From assembly GCA_048885535.1 (NCBI GenBank), contig JBHLLO010000006.1:1-64000 (forward strand): a stretch of 64,000 bases of DNA, read 5' to 3'. The DNA comes from Candidatus Hermodarchaeota archaeon. Its GTDB lineage: Archaea > Asgardarchaeota > Lokiarchaeia > Sigyniarchaeales > SOKP01. Below the pieces are notes generated by a model. The model did not search any database and was not told the DNA's origin. It was given only the letters and a program-made list of their open reading frames with translations. This document shows, in pieces, positions 1-11,170 of this stretch; within the stretch, counting starts at the first letter, position 1, and each line of letters begins with the position of its first letter. The position numbers and the translations under genes were made by a program.

Positions 1-743
1 GATATTAATGCTCGTGCTTCAGGATAAGGCCAAATTCTCAATGTAGCTTTAGTTACGATTCCTAATGTTCCTTCATTACCAATAAAGAATTTATCAAGCT
101 GAGGTCCCGTTGAAGCTCGAACAATGGGTTTGAAGTTAATAATATCTCCCTGAGGTAGAATCATTTCCATACCCAATACTATATCCTCTATTTTTCCATA
201 TTTTGTACTGAACTGACCAGCTGCTCTATGTGCGATCCACCCTCCTAATGATGACATATAGAGTGATTGAGGAATATGACCGCAAGTATACCCTTTAGCA
301 TTGAGATATCTCTCTAAATTCATCCCATTAATTCCGGCTTCAGCAGTAACAGTAAGATCTTTATCATTAATTTTAAGAATTCTATTAAATTTTTTCATAT
401 CTATTATAATTCCTCCATAGAGAGGTATTGTACCTCCAACAACCCCAGAACCTTCTCCAAAAGGAATAACAGGAATCTTTTCTGTATTTGCTAGCTTTAG
501 TATTTCTGAAATTTGAAACTTATTTTCTGGCCAAATAATAAAATCTGCTAATCCAGCAATTTTTGCTTGAAGTGTCCAATTTAGTGAAATTAGAAGACTT
601 CTTGAATAAGCCAAAAGATCAATCTCATCTATAGAGACATTCTTGGCACCAACAATTTCACTTAACTTAGCTTTTATTTTTTCTCTATCCTTGATTTCAA
701 TACGATTTTCATTATATATAATTTCAAAATTTTCTAAATTCAT
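1..743 (-). CDS. FAD-binding oxidoreductase, alkyl-DHAP synthase (AGPS)/GlcD-like; runs off the window edge
   Basis: Not in the ORF track. Manual translation from ATG at 743: MNLENFEII...IPVIPFGEGSGVVGG...GHIPQSLYMSSLGGWIAHRAAGQFSTKYGKIEDIV...STGPQL...IGNEGTLGIVTKATL. These are FAD_binding_4 motifs typical of AGPS-like enzymes. No stop before position 1. Confidence 0.85.
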   Translation of the reverse strand, partial: MNLENFEIIYNENRIEIKDREKIKAKLSEIVGAKNVSIDEIDLLAYSRSLLISLNWTLQAKIAGLADFIIWPENKFQISEILKLANTEKIPVIPFGEGSGVVGGTIPLYGGIIIDMKKFNRILKINDKDLTVTAEAGINGMNLERYLNAKGYTCGHIPQSLYMSSLGGWIAHRAAGQFSTKYGKIEDIVLGMEMILPQGDIINFKPIVRASTGPQLDKFFIGNEGTLGIVTKATLRIWPYPEARALI

Positions 744-827
744 CAAATATCAAGTGATCTTAATTTATTAACTAACTAAAATGATTAGATTTAATTTAAA
801 ATTATGATTTACTTTAAAATCTATTTA

Positions 828-2303
828 CTAGATAGTTTCCCCAGTTACCTTATCTACCTTAAAATGCCTAAATCTTGCTTTTGTTTTTACAATCTCTGCA
901 TTTAATGATATTTTATTCACAACCTCTTTTGGAAATAAATATTTAGCGAGATGAATTATCATTTGTTCAGTCTCTATGCAATTAAATAACTTCAAGCTTT
1001 CAAATGAATAAATTAGTTCAGAAATTAAATCAAGATTCGTATCGGCAGAAAATTCAAGAAGTTCTAAGTTTCTGTAGATAATTGAAACAATATTATCTAA
1101 AAGATCATAATCTTTTAAATTTTCAAGTGAATTGTTCATATAATTAGAGAATATAACGTAATATGTTGCTTCGGAAGAGAAAAAACCATCCCTATATTGT
1201 TTAATTCCTTCAGGAGTAATTCTTTTATTTATTTCTTCTAGTATTGAATTTACATTTTGTTCTACTTTTGGTATTTTGAGTAAATTGTATAACTTTAATA
1301 TTACTACTAATTGGGATGTCTCTAAGTTTTTTAAGTAGCTAGGTTCGAAGTACTTTGAATCAGTCTCAATTAATCTTGTGATTTGAGCCCCACTAAGCCA
1401 CAATTTCATGAAATGAGTCGCTTTTAAGAAATAATATAATCCATCTGTAGCTTCAACTAAGGGTGCTTCAAATTCATCAGTACCCTCCTCATATAACTCT
1501 AATAGAAATCTTTTCACTATTTCGGGATCAAGTTTAATATTTAAACGTTCAGCTAGGAATAATCCGCAAAAATATAAATCTGGATTCTTTAATGTGACTA
1601 ATGGAATTGTGATTAGCCATTCTTTAACATTATTCAATATATAATCTTTTATATGAGAGAAATCGAATCTTTTTTCTAAATTAAAAAAATTAATAATCCT
1701 ATAAATGAGATAAATTAATTGCAATTTATCCCTTGGATTCATTAAATCTTCTAAACTTTCTATTCTATTTTTGTTTTGATTCAATTTTCTGATGAATGTT
1801 TCTCTAATTTGAATGTACTTTTTCAAATTTTCTTTTTTTTCCGGATTTGTATCTAGTAAATCTTTTAAATTTCGCAACTGTATCACAAATTCTAAAGGAA
1901 GAAATCCTTTAGATTTTAAATTTAATATTAATGGAGAGATATTGACATCAATAAAATAATCCACTATTTTTTCTAATAGAATTTCAATGAGGATTGGTGA
2001 AATCTTCTTATTGTAAAGTTGCAAAACGGATTTAATATCTTCCTTTTCTTCAGCATTGATTTCTAGAAAAGGATCTAAAAATTTATTCTCTATTTCTTCT
2101 ACATCAAATCCTATTTCTATAAATTCATTTTTAAAAAATCTTATCACTTCATTAGTCCTGTTTCCTAGTTCTTCTTTATTTAACGCTTTTTTTTCATAGT
2201 TTTCATTAATTCTCTCTAGAAAATATCTATCAATTGCACTGTAAAAAAGATCAATATCTTCTAAATACAAACTTAGGATATTAAAGAGACCTTGGAAAAT
2301 CAT
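828..2303 (-). CDS. Hypothetical helical protein, possibly with a prenyltransferase-like alpha/alpha-barrel C-terminal region
   Basis: 491-aa ORF; recurring helix motifs such as DLYFCGL, ATDGLYYF and SSEATYYV. Fold call is weak. Confidence 0.5.
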   Translation of the reverse strand: MIFQGLFNILSLYLEDIDLFYSAIDRYFLERINENYEKKALNKEELGNRTNEVIRFFKNEFIEIGFDVEEIENKFLDPFLEINAEEKEDIKSVLQLYNKKISPILIEILLEKIVDYFIDVNISPLILNLKSKGFLPLEFVIQLRNLKDLLDTNPEKKENLKKYIQIRETFIRKLNQNKNRIESLEDLMNPRDKLQLIYLIYRIINFFNLEKRFDFSHIKDYILNNVKEWLITIPLVTLKNPDLYFCGLFLAERLNIKLDPEIVKRFLLELYEEGTDEFEAPLVEATDGLYYFLKATHFMKLWLSGAQITRLIETDSKYFEPSYLKNLETSQLVVILKLYNLLKIPKVEQNVNSILEEINKRITPEGIKQYRDGFFSSEATYYVIFSNYMNNSLENLKDYDLLDNIVSIIYRNLELLEFSADTNLDLISELIYSFESLKLFNCIETEQMIIHLAKYLFPKEVVNKISLNAEIVKTKARFRHFKVDKVTGETI

Positions 2304-2618
2304 TTAATGCTACCAAAATTTTAAAAATAAATTATTTCACTTGAAATCTGAAACTATTAATTGAATAAAAATAAAACTATAAATTAAAATTTTTCTTTTA
2401 TTAGAACTTCTTAAAGAATTTTCCATTTAAGACATTTAAATTAACTATTTTCTATGTATCTATGCTTATTATAAAAAAGAAATAAATTTCTGTAGGTAAA
2501 TTATTAAACTCTACAATTAAGCTTAAATTAAATTTAATACAGATGATATATTCATTTCCTTATAAATTTAAAATCACATTATTTCTTTCCACTTAAATCA
2601 ATTAAATAAGGTAAATCT

Positions 2619-4043
2619 ATGACGAGTAACATTTTTGGAACATCTGGAATTAGGCGTGTATTTCAAAGTTATTCAGAATCAGATTTGATGTTTACACCAC
2701 AAATGGCATTAGAAGTAGGTTTAGCTCTCGGAACATATATTAATGGAGGAACTATTGTTATTGGTAAAGATATTAGAACTTCCGCCTTACCTATAGAGTA
2801 TGCGTTAATTTCTGGATTAATAAGTTCAGGTTCAAATGTAAAAACTTTAGGGGTAGTGACTACACCGACTTTAGCGATTTCCTTAAGGTATCTTAACGCT
2901 GACGCGGGAGTTATGATTACAGCATCACATAATACACCTGAATATATCGGATTGAAATTATGGAATCCCTCTGGCGTAGGATTTTCACCTGAACAAGAAG
3001 AAGAGATAGAACGGATTTACAATGATAAGGATTTTATTAAAATAGAGTGGGATGAAGTTGGTAAAGTAACGGCTATTAATGATATTAACGATATTCATAT
3101 ATTAGATATTACTAATCGAATTTTATTTGATGGAAGTAAATTAAATGTAATAGTTGATCCTGGAAATGGTTCTGGGTGTGATATTGTACCTAATTTGTTA
3201 AGTAAATATGATATTAAGATAGTTACAATTAATGCCCAAATGGACGGAAGATTTCCAGGAAGAGCAAGCGAACCAAGTAAAGAAAATCTAAAGCAAATTT
3301 CAAATTTTTTAAAAATTTCAACTCAAGAAGATATCGGAATTGCGCTAGATGGTGATGCTGATAGAGTAATTTTTTTGGATGAAAACGGAGAGATTGTTGA
3401 TCCTATTAGATTATTAGCTCTTATGGCCAGAGAATTCATTTTAGAGAATAAAAATCAGTTATCTAAAAAAGATTTGAAGGTAGTAACACCTATAAACTCC
3501 TCAAGTTTAATAGAAGATGTATTAAATCCATTAGGATGTGAGGTTATAAGAACTGAAGTTGGAGATATTAAAGTAGCATTAGCATTGAAGGAATATGGAG
3601 GTTTTTTGGGGGGAGAAACGTCAGGGACATATATTTGGCCTAAGTATCATTATGGCCCTGACTCTATAGTTACTATTGCTAATGTATTGCAAATGATTGC
3701 TAAAGCTGGTAAAAGTTTAAACAAATTATTGATTGATATTCCAAAGTATCCATACTTTGCTGATCAATTCAGATTAAAACAAGATATTCCCTTTACTGAA
3801 GAAATAATGAAAAAAATTGCGGAAGAAATAAAAGAAACTCTTAATGAAATTGGCATGAAAATAAAAAATATCAATATGATGGATGGTTGCAGATTTGATT
3901 ATGAAGATGGCTGGATTCTTGTTCGACGGTCTGGTACTAGCCCATATTTAAGAATTTCTGGAGAATCCTATGAGAGTATTGAGAAAACAAAAGAAATCAA
4001 TCAACTAGCTCAATTAAAAATGAAAAAACTAGGTTTAATTTAA
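2619..4043 (+). CDS. glmM: Phosphoglucosamine mutase / phosphohexomutase
   Basis: FGTSGIR, phosphoserine motif ITASHN, metal loop DGDADR, GGETSG, RRSGT; clustered with glmS. Confidence 0.85.
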   Translation: MTSNIFGTSGIRRVFQSYSESDLMFTPQMALEVGLALGTYINGGTIVIGKDIRTSALPIEYALISGLISSGSNVKTLGVVTTPTLAISLRYLNADAGVMITASHNTPEYIGLKLWNPSGVGFSPEQEEEIERIYNDKDFIKIEWDEVGKVTAINDINDIHILDITNRILFDGSKLNVIVDPGNGSGCDIVPNLLSKYDIKIVTINAQMDGRFPGRASEPSKENLKQISNFLKISTQEDIGIALDGDADRVIFLDENGEIVDPIRLLALMAREFILENKNQLSKKDLKVVTPINSSSLIEDVLNPLGCEVIRTEVGDIKVALALKEYGGFLGGETSGTYIWPKYHYGPDSIVTIANVLQMIAKAGKSLNKLLIDIPKYPYFADQFRLKQDIPFTEEIMKKIAEEIKETLNEIGMKIKNINMMDGCRFDYEDGWILVRRSGTSPYLRISGESYESIEKTKEINQLAQLKMKKLGLI

Positions 4044-4058
4044 TAAATCCGATCTAGA

Positions 4059-5171
4059 TTATATTCCAGAAACTTTAGAAAGAAATTTGGGAGTATCACA
4101 ATCTATTTGATTGATACGAGAAGTTTCTAAAGTTAATAACTGAACAGCTAATATCATTATTAAGGGTTGCAAATCTTTGAGAGTATTAGGGACTTCAATA
4201 CCATAATCTATTTGCATTGGAATTTTATCCTTTTCAATTAATTCATAAACACCTAGAATAGTCGCTTTTCTTTCTTTAATACGATTTAATATACTTATTA
4301 ACTTAGTTTTTCTTCTGTCATCTTCGTATGGTAATATAGCTAGAATACATGTTTCTGAATCAGCTAAGGTTATGGGACCATGTGGAAATTCTGCTGTCGA
4401 GTATGCTTGTCCAAAGATTCTAGCACCCTCTTTTAGTTTGAGAGCAGCTTCCATAGCTGTAGCATATTCAGGACCGCTCCCTAAAATAAAACAATATTTA
4501 ATAGTTTTAAAATGTATAGCATATTCCTTAACTTTTTCCTGTATTTGAGGAAGTGCTGAATAAATTCTATCGGGTATACGTATTATTTCAACCCAAATCT
4601 TGTTATATTCTTCATTAGAAACAGATTTATTTTCTTTTGCAATTTCAAGTGAGAGCATAGCTAATACTGCTAATTCTGATACGTATGTTTTAGTTGCTAA
4701 TACCGACTTCTCTTTACCACATTTTAACTCAATGATGAAACTACATTTTTTTGCTAAAGTAGATTTTGAATTATTCATTATTCCAACTGTGAAACAGCCT
4801 CTTTTTTTCGCAATACCTATAGAATCAATCGTATCCTTTGTTTCACCACTTTGAGATATTGCTATTACACAATCATCTTCCTTCAAAATAGGTTCTATTA
4901 AATATTGAAATTCCATTGAAAATTCAGTAAATGTGGGAATTTTTGTTAAACGATTAAACATGTATGACATTGCAAAACCAGCATGATATGAACTTCCCGA
5001 TCCAATTAAATAAATATGCTTAACTTTCTTAATAATCAATTCTTTAGCAATTCTACTAATTAAATCCTTTTGTTGAGTCGCTTTATTTAATGCCGTTGGA
5101 ATTTCAAAGATTTCTTTCTGAGTAAACTTGCCTAAATTATCTATATTAATTTCTTTTTGTCCTTCACTCAA
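4059..5171 (-). CDS. Double-SIS-domain sugar isomerase (GlmS C-terminal-like; possible glucosamine-6-phosphate deaminase)
   Basis: GSGSSYHA, SQSGETKDT, ATKTY, EAALKLKE, EFPHGP; lacks the glutaminase domain; TTG start. Confidence 0.85.
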   Translation of the reverse strand: MSEGQKEINIDNLGKFTQKEIFEIPTALNKATQQKDLISRIAKELIIKKVKHIYLIGSGSSYHAGFAMSYMFNRLTKIPTFTEFSMEFQYLIEPILKEDDCVIAISQSGETKDTIDSIGIAKKRGCFTVGIMNNSKSTLAKKCSFIIELKCGKEKSVLATKTYVSELAVLAMLSLEIAKENKSVSNEEYNKIWVEIIRIPDRIYSALPQIQEKVKEYAIHFKTIKYCFILGSGPEYATAMEAALKLKEGARIFGQAYSTAEFPHGPITLADSETCILAILPYEDDRRKTKLISILNRIKERKATILGVYELIEKDKIPMQIDYGIEVPNTLKDLQPLIMILAVQLLTLETSRINQIDCDTPKFLSKVSGI

Positions 5172-5361
5172 AATTTACACTTTTATACGTTTTTAGAGAT
5201 TATTTCATTCAAATCTAAGATACTCATTAAATACTTAACATTGTTTTTTAAGTTATTTACATTAAATTTATTAGAATAAAAAAAAATAATAAAAAATTAT
5301 TAATCTATCAAAAATTATTGAACAATAAATATCCTAATTCACTCCCAAGAGAGGATTATAA

Positions 5362-7218
5362 TTGTGTGGTATATTCGGAATCATTACTAATCAGAATCTT
5401 TCAATTGGTAAAATAGCCCTCGAGGGGATTAAACGTTTAGAATATCGTGGCTATGATTCTTGCGGTATTGTAACCCAATTTGATTCAAAGTTATATATTA
5501 AAAAAGATGCTGGTAAGATTGATGAGATTCATAAAAGACTAAAATTAGATGAGTTTCCGAAAGGATCTAGATTAGCATTAGCACACACAAGATGGGCAAC
5601 CCATGGAGCTCCTACAAAAGTCAATAGCCACCCACATCTAGACTGTCAATCTAAAGTTGCTGTAATTCATAATGGAATTTTAGAAAATTTCATTGAGTTA
5701 AAAGAAGAACTACTATCTAAAGGCCATGTATTCCTTTCTGATACTGATACCGAAATAATCCCTCATTTAATTGAAGATTATATGAAACAAAACTTGGATT
5801 TCAAAAATGCAGTGGTTAAAGCCGTTCAAAGATGTAAAGGTGCTTATGGTGTTGCTATTTGCCATGCCGATTATCCAGACACTATAATTACCGTTAGAAA
5901 GGAATCACCAATAGTAGTTGGAATAGATAAAAATAATACTTCTTTTTGTGCCTCAGATATACCAGCTTTTTTACCGTATACTCGTAATTGTTTCATATTA
6001 GAGGATGATGAAATGGCTGTTTTAAACCCTGGGTCAGTTAAATTCTATGATATATACGATAGTGATGTACCCAAAAATAAAGAAATGCAAAAAATTGAAT
6101 GGACAATTGATGCTGCAGAAAAAGGAGGTTATGAGCATTTTATGTTGAAGGAAATTTATGAAGAACCTTTAGCTTTAAGAAAAACTATGAGAATCTCGAA
6201 AGAATTGCTTAAAACCTTTGCAACAATTTTATGGGGCGCAAAAAATATATATATCACTGCAGCAGGGACATCTTTTTTTGCCTCTTTGGCAGGTAAATTC
6301 GTTATCACAAAATTTTTAGATAAATATATTGAGGCAATTGAATGTTCAGAATTTAAGGTTCAGCTAGGTAATGCTTTAAAAGAAGATTCTGTAATTATTG
6401 CTATTTCTCAATCAGGAGAAACTATAGATTTAATTGAAGCTATAAGATGGGCAAAGGAAAAACTCGGGAAAAAACTCAAAGTTTTATCAATTACGAATGT
6501 AATAGGTTCTAGTCTTACTAGGTACTCAGATCATGTGATCACTACTCAAGCAGGACCCGAAATTGGTGTGGCTGCAACAAAAACTTATTGTACTCAAGTA
6601 CTAACTCTCTCCTTAATTGCATTAGAAATAGCTGAATTAAGGAAAGTATTATCTGATGAGGAAATAAAAAATTATTACAATGCACTAAATAGAACACCAG
6701 ATATTATAGAAAATTTCTTAAAAGACAATATCGAAATAATAAAAAATCTTGTAGAAAGTCTCGATAAAAGTCATAACTTTTTCTATTTAGCCAGAGGAAT
6801 CTCAATTGCTATAGCTAAAGAAGGAGGTTTAAAATTAAAAGAAGTAGCCTGCCGGTTTATAGAAGGCTATTCAGCAGCTCATGCTAAGCATGGTCCAATA
6901 TCATTAGTAAGAGAGGGTTTCCCGATTATATTTATCGCTCCTCCTGATGAGACATACGAAAGATTAATAGGAAATGTTATGGAATTTAAAGCAAGAGGCG
7001 GTAAAATTATTTCACTTGTAGTAGATGACGATAAAAAAATAACAAATTTAAGTGATATAACAATTAGAATTCCTCAGCCAAGCGACAGATATCACAGTAT
7101 TTTCAGTCCAATAACATTTGTTCCAGCATTACAATTGTTATCTTATTATGCGGCATTAAAGCATGGATTAGATCCAGACCAACCTTTAAATCTAGCAAAA
7201 ACAGTTACAGTACATTAA
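5362..7218 (+). CDS. glmS: Glutamine--fructose-6-phosphate aminotransferase
   Basis: N-terminal (M)CGI, LEYRGYDS, HTRWATHG, HNG, SQSGET, KHGP, C-terminal LAKTVTV. Confidence 0.97.
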   Translation: MCGIFGIITNQNLSIGKIALEGIKRLEYRGYDSCGIVTQFDSKLYIKKDAGKIDEIHKRLKLDEFPKGSRLALAHTRWATHGAPTKVNSHPHLDCQSKVAVIHNGILENFIELKEELLSKGHVFLSDTDTEIIPHLIEDYMKQNLDFKNAVVKAVQRCKGAYGVAICHADYPDTIITVRKESPIVVGIDKNNTSFCASDIPAFLPYTRNCFILEDDEMAVLNPGSVKFYDIYDSDVPKNKEMQKIEWTIDAAEKGGYEHFMLKEIYEEPLALRKTMRISKELLKTFATILWGAKNIYITAAGTSFFASLAGKFVITKFLDKYIEAIECSEFKVQLGNALKEDSVIIAISQSGETIDLIEAIRWAKEKLGKKLKVLSITNVIGSSLTRYSDHVITTQAGPEIGVAATKTYCTQVLTLSLIALEIAELRKVLSDEEIKNYYNALNRTPDIIENFLKDNIEIIKNLVESLDKSHNFFYLARGISIAIAKEGGLKLKEVACRFIEGYSAAHAKHGPISLVREGFPIIFIAPPDETYERLIGNVMEFKARGGKIISLVVDDDKKITNLSDITIRIPQPSDRYHSIFSPITFVPALQLLSYYAALKHGLDPDQPLNLAKTVTVH

Positions 7219-7226
7219 ATATATTA

Positions 7227-8711
7227 TCAGACTTTTCTTACTTGAAAGATGTGCCCTTTCCATGGATCTAGTCTTACAAACAATCCCTTTTCTTTCAGAT
7301 CCTGACCATTATAGGAATACTTTTTCTGGTTAAGTACATCATTAAAGCTCCAATCTGCGATGCCATAATCTAATTCTTCCAAAATAATATAAGCTCGCGA
7401 AATTTGTAGACTATAATTAACCACAACCAATAATCTATCTTTTTCAGTCCACCATTGGTATGCTATGATATTCTCATGAGTATTATCATCTCCTGGATTT
7501 ACCTTGCATAATTTCCAGTTTCCATTTTCAAATTCCTTTCCAGGAATAATCTCCATTAAAATATCATAAAATAGCATGATATCAATATTATCTGATTCAG
7601 TAGGGTATTTTCCTAATTGAATAGGCAATTTCTTCTCAAAACCATGCATTTGACCTTCAAAAACAAGTCTAGCACCTGGTAACGTTAAAGTGATTAAAGC
7701 AGCTGCCATGGATGCTTCTTCTCCAAAAACAGACACAGATCTCTGTTCATCATGATTTTCTATGAAGCGTAATAACTTCTTCTGGTAATCCCAATTGGCT
7801 TGTAGATGTTCTTTTATCGAACGTGAATCTTCCTTAGCTAAACGTTCATATAGCTTTTTATCGTAACAATAATCAAATCCTTGTTGTTGAAGTTTCCATT
7901 CTAAATCCCAATATACTTCTGCAATAAATTTAAAATTTGGATACTTTTCTTTTACTTTAGGTATAATTTCTTCCCAATATTCGCGTTCTGGAAGTGTTCC
8001 AGCTTTTTCACCCCAAGTATTGCTAAACACATCATTAATCATTAACATAGCCATGTCACAACGTACTCCATCACACTGAGCAGCAATTGAGAGGATTGTG
8101 TTAGATGCTTTAGAACGTGCATCTGAAGAAAAAGCATTAATTTGTACTGTATCTGTCCAGGGAGGAAAGTTAGGATCACGCCCATGAGCATAAATTGTAT
8201 TACCGACAGAGAAGTATTCAAAAGGTTTTTTCATTAAATCATCAAGTGTACCTTTAATAAAAAAATCAGACTTTTCTAATGTCCATAAATGGTCAACAGC
8301 AACATGATTGGGAACATAATCCAATATTAACGTTAAGCCACGATCATTTAACAGTTTACGAAAACTAGCTAATGCTTCAGTACCACCTAGATGTGAATCA
8401 ACATGGTAATAATATATCGCATATGGAGAACCTATAACGTCATCTGTGTTATAATAATCTAATGCCTTCTGATATTCCTTTTGTAATCCTTCATGGTTAA
8501 GCGCAATATCTCTCCCTCTCGGACTTCTTTCCCATATTCCCATTAGCCAAACAGCATCAAAATATTTATATTCTTGGTCAATTAATTCAACAGGTACATT
8601 ACTTAAATCAATTTTATGTCCATATATTTCAGATAAAGAATGCAACCAAGGCCATGTGTTTATTTCTATAATTCTGGGATGTTTAGACCAGTTAAAGTCT
8701 TGATTCAACAT
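7227..8711 (-). CDS. GH13 alpha-amylase family protein
   Basis: GSPYAI, LILDYVPNH, DGVRCDMA (nucleophile), FIAEVY (acid/base), FIENHDE. Confidence 0.92.
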   Translation of the reverse strand: MLNQDFNWSKHPRIIEINTWPWLHSLSEIYGHKIDLSNVPVELIDQEYKYFDAVWLMGIWERSPRGRDIALNHEGLQKEYQKALDYYNTDDVIGSPYAIYYYHVDSHLGGTEALASFRKLLNDRGLTLILDYVPNHVAVDHLWTLEKSDFFIKGTLDDLMKKPFEYFSVGNTIYAHGRDPNFPPWTDTVQINAFSSDARSKASNTILSIAAQCDGVRCDMAMLMINDVFSNTWGEKAGTLPEREYWEEIIPKVKEKYPNFKFIAEVYWDLEWKLQQQGFDYCYDKKLYERLAKEDSRSIKEHLQANWDYQKKLLRFIENHDEQRSVSVFGEEASMAAALITLTLPGARLVFEGQMHGFEKKLPIQLGKYPTESDNIDIMLFYDILMEIIPGKEFENGNWKLCKVNPGDDNTHENIIAYQWWTEKDRLLVVVNYSLQISRAYIILEELDYGIADWSFNDVLNQKKYSYNGQDLKEKGLFVRLDPWKGHIFQVRKV

Positions 8712-8915
8712 AGAAAATCTTCCTAAAAATATATTTTCTTGATATAATGAATATATTGTATTTAGCTTTATTTATAAAATAACTTCATTATAGCTCCTCT
8801 ATAAGAGCCAAAAATATCAGTTAGAACAATGTAAGATTTATTTAAAGATAAATACATATATATTTTAGCATCATCATTACTATAATAAGAAAATAAAAGA
8901 GTTAATTATGGAAAA

Positions 8916-9488
8916 ATGAGTGAAGAGAAGGAAGCCTTAAGGAAGTTAATTATGTTGATTTCAGACTTACGTGCCAAAGATGAAGAACGATATGAAGCTC
9001 ATGTCAATTTCATGAATGAAACGATTAAAATGATTAGTGCCATCGAATCTCAAATGAATAAACATTGGTCTACAGTTTTAGATTCACTGAAAGAATTAAA
9101 TGAAAATATTAATAATAATCTGGATTCATTACTTACAGGTATTAATCCTAAAGGTTTAAGAGAAACATCTAAATCTTTACAGGAAATAATGGATACAATG
9201 AATAAAAGTGTTCAAACAATGAATTTAGAAAAAGTTTTAAGTGAATTAAAAGTGCTTAAATCTTCAACTATTCAATCGACAGGAGGATATGTCCCTCCAG
9301 TCCCAGTAGGACAGCAACCTGAACAAATTACTGCAGATATTAATTTGATTCCCCCCACTGGAGCTAAAACAACTCCCACACAAGAAACTGAGTTATATGG
9401 TTATATACCTCCAAAAAAGAAGAAAAAAGAGGAGGAGGAGGAAGAAGAGCCTCATCTTATGAAACCTTCAGATCTATTTAAGAAGTAG
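8916..9488 (+). CDS. Hypothetical protein: helical/coiled-coil N-terminus, Pro-rich linker, poly-Lys/poly-Glu tail
   Basis: 190-aa ORF occupying the gap between flanking genes; no family recognised. Confidence 0.7.
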   Translation: MSEEKEALRKLIMLISDLRAKDEERYEAHVNFMNETIKMISAIESQMNKHWSTVLDSLKELNENINNNLDSLLTGINPKGLRETSKSLQEIMDTMNKSVQTMNLEKVLSELKVLKSSTIQSTGGYVPPVPVGQQPEQITADINLIPPTGAKTTPTQETELYGYIPPKKKKKEEEEEEEPHLMKPSDLFKK

Positions 9489-9492
9489 TATT

Positions 9493-10845
9493 TTATTGAG
9501 TAAACATATCCATGAAAGGTTTTAAACGTTCTTTTACTTCTTCAAGATTATCCCCTATTTTTCGGAAAGAAATTCCAACAGCAGGAATATCAAGATCATC
9601 CTTAATTTCTTGTTTCAGACTGTCATATATATTAGAAATAGAAGGGCATCCAAAAGCTTGATTAAAAATTAATCCATCAATCTCCATCTCCTTCGCGATT
9701 TTGAAGTAAGAATTCTTTAAATTCACAAGATTACACCCTATTCCTTCCATTGAGGCTTTTAAAAGAAATTTAGCATAATCTTCTATAGGATCTGAATTGT
9801 TTGATACAGGGATTTCTTCAAGTAATCCTAAAAGTTCCCAATCAGCATAAATTACCCTTCCTCCAAGTTGGGATACAATCTCATGAATCTCAGGTTCCCA
9901 ACCTGTAAACATTGGGGAGAAGAGCAGACGAGGTTTATTTGAAACATCCATTCCAACGCCCTTTTTAATTCTTTCTCTCATTTCTTTCACCAATTGACTT
10001 AAATTCTCTAAATATCTTTGCGCATTAGAATTATAATCTTGAAATGAAATTGTAAGTAATGCTAGAATCTCTGAAAAGACAGCAGGATTACATGGATAGA
10101 AATCACCCATACTAATCTCGTATAATATTGTTTTATAGAACCTTTTTACTTGATTTCCAATTCTAAATTGCTTTCTTAGACTATCATCAGAGACATAATT
10201 TCCTGTTATATTTTCTAATTCTTTAATGGCTTTTTGTACATTCCTTTTCATTATTTGGAGTGTTTCTGTTTTATCCTCGATTTCTTTTGGAGGGATATCA
10301 ATCCACACCTGATTAGGCACTAATGCATTTAAAGACTCCGAATATTTATTCCATTCTCCACATCGCATAGCAAAATTCAAGTTTCCATCAATTTGTGTAC
10401 CGACTGATTTATGCATTCCATAGAGAGCATTAACTCCATAACATAAGTCTGATGGAATTCCATTTTCAGATCCCAAATCATACATTTGGTTATATTTTTC
10501 ATTTACAGAGCCTATTACATCATCTAGGATTTTATCGACAAGTTTTAATACATCAAATTTTTTAGCAATATCTAACACTTTTGAGGTTAAATCCCATCCT
10601 AATACACTCGTAGCAGAATTTAATGCTATTAAAAGAGTATTAATTTTGAATGATTCCATCCTAATTGGAAAAACAGGAATCGCATTAGCTGCAAACACTA
10701 AATCAGGAAATCCTAACGCTACAGAGATCAATTTCTTACGTTCTCGAGTTTTTCGTGTCTTTAGGTAATCCTTACCAGATAAGAAATTATAGGACATCTT
10801 CAATACAGAAGTAAAGCTAAGTACATCCTCGGCATAAATGCTCAT
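9493..10845 (-). CDS. 2-hydroxyacyl-CoA dehydratase (HgdA/B, FldB/C-type) subunit, paralog 2
   Basis: DLVFAANAIPV, DLCYG, MRC, DIP, LENITG, DGLIF..FGC; clearly paralogous to 14869..16224. Confidence 0.8.
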   Translation of the reverse strand: MSIYAEDVLSFTSVLKMSYNFLSGKDYLKTRKTRERKKLISVALGFPDLVFAANAIPVFPIRMESFKINTLLIALNSATSVLGWDLTSKVLDIAKKFDVLKLVDKILDDVIGSVNEKYNQMYDLGSENGIPSDLCYGVNALYGMHKSVGTQIDGNLNFAMRCGEWNKYSESLNALVPNQVWIDIPPKEIEDKTETLQIMKRNVQKAIKELENITGNYVSDDSLRKQFRIGNQVKRFYKTILYEISMGDFYPCNPAVFSEILALLTISFQDYNSNAQRYLENLSQLVKEMRERIKKGVGMDVSNKPRLLFSPMFTGWEPEIHEIVSQLGGRVIYADWELLGLLEEIPVSNNSDPIEDYAKFLLKASMEGIGCNLVNLKNSYFKIAKEMEIDGLIFNQAFGCPSISNIYDSLKQEIKDDLDIPAVGISFRKIGDNLEEVKERLKPFMDMFTQ

Positions 10846-11170
10846 TTTTTAGAGTACTCCTTAGATTTGAAAAAGCTATCAACTTTTTAATAATTATAAT
10901 TTAAAAATAATCATAATTTTATAATAAAATTTATGAGAGCTTTTTTAAAGGGATTAAACATTGTTGATTTAAAAAAAGATTGACTTATTATAGTTAATAT
11001 TTGAGTTCTAAACTCGAAATTTGACTCCCAAAGCATTTAAATGAACCAAAGATTTAAGTATAAAGATCGATGTATATGACCTAGAATATATTTTTGCAAA
11101 GGACTCCAAAATTTAGAAATTATATCAAAGAAAAAAATTACAAACGTTAAATAAATCCGATATAATTTAA

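Noticed and set aside
9414-9450. Purine-rich run encoding KKKKKKEEEEEEE as a possible repeat element or frameshift site
   Set aside because: Mixed synonymous codons keep the frame intact; it is simply a low-complexity charged tail.
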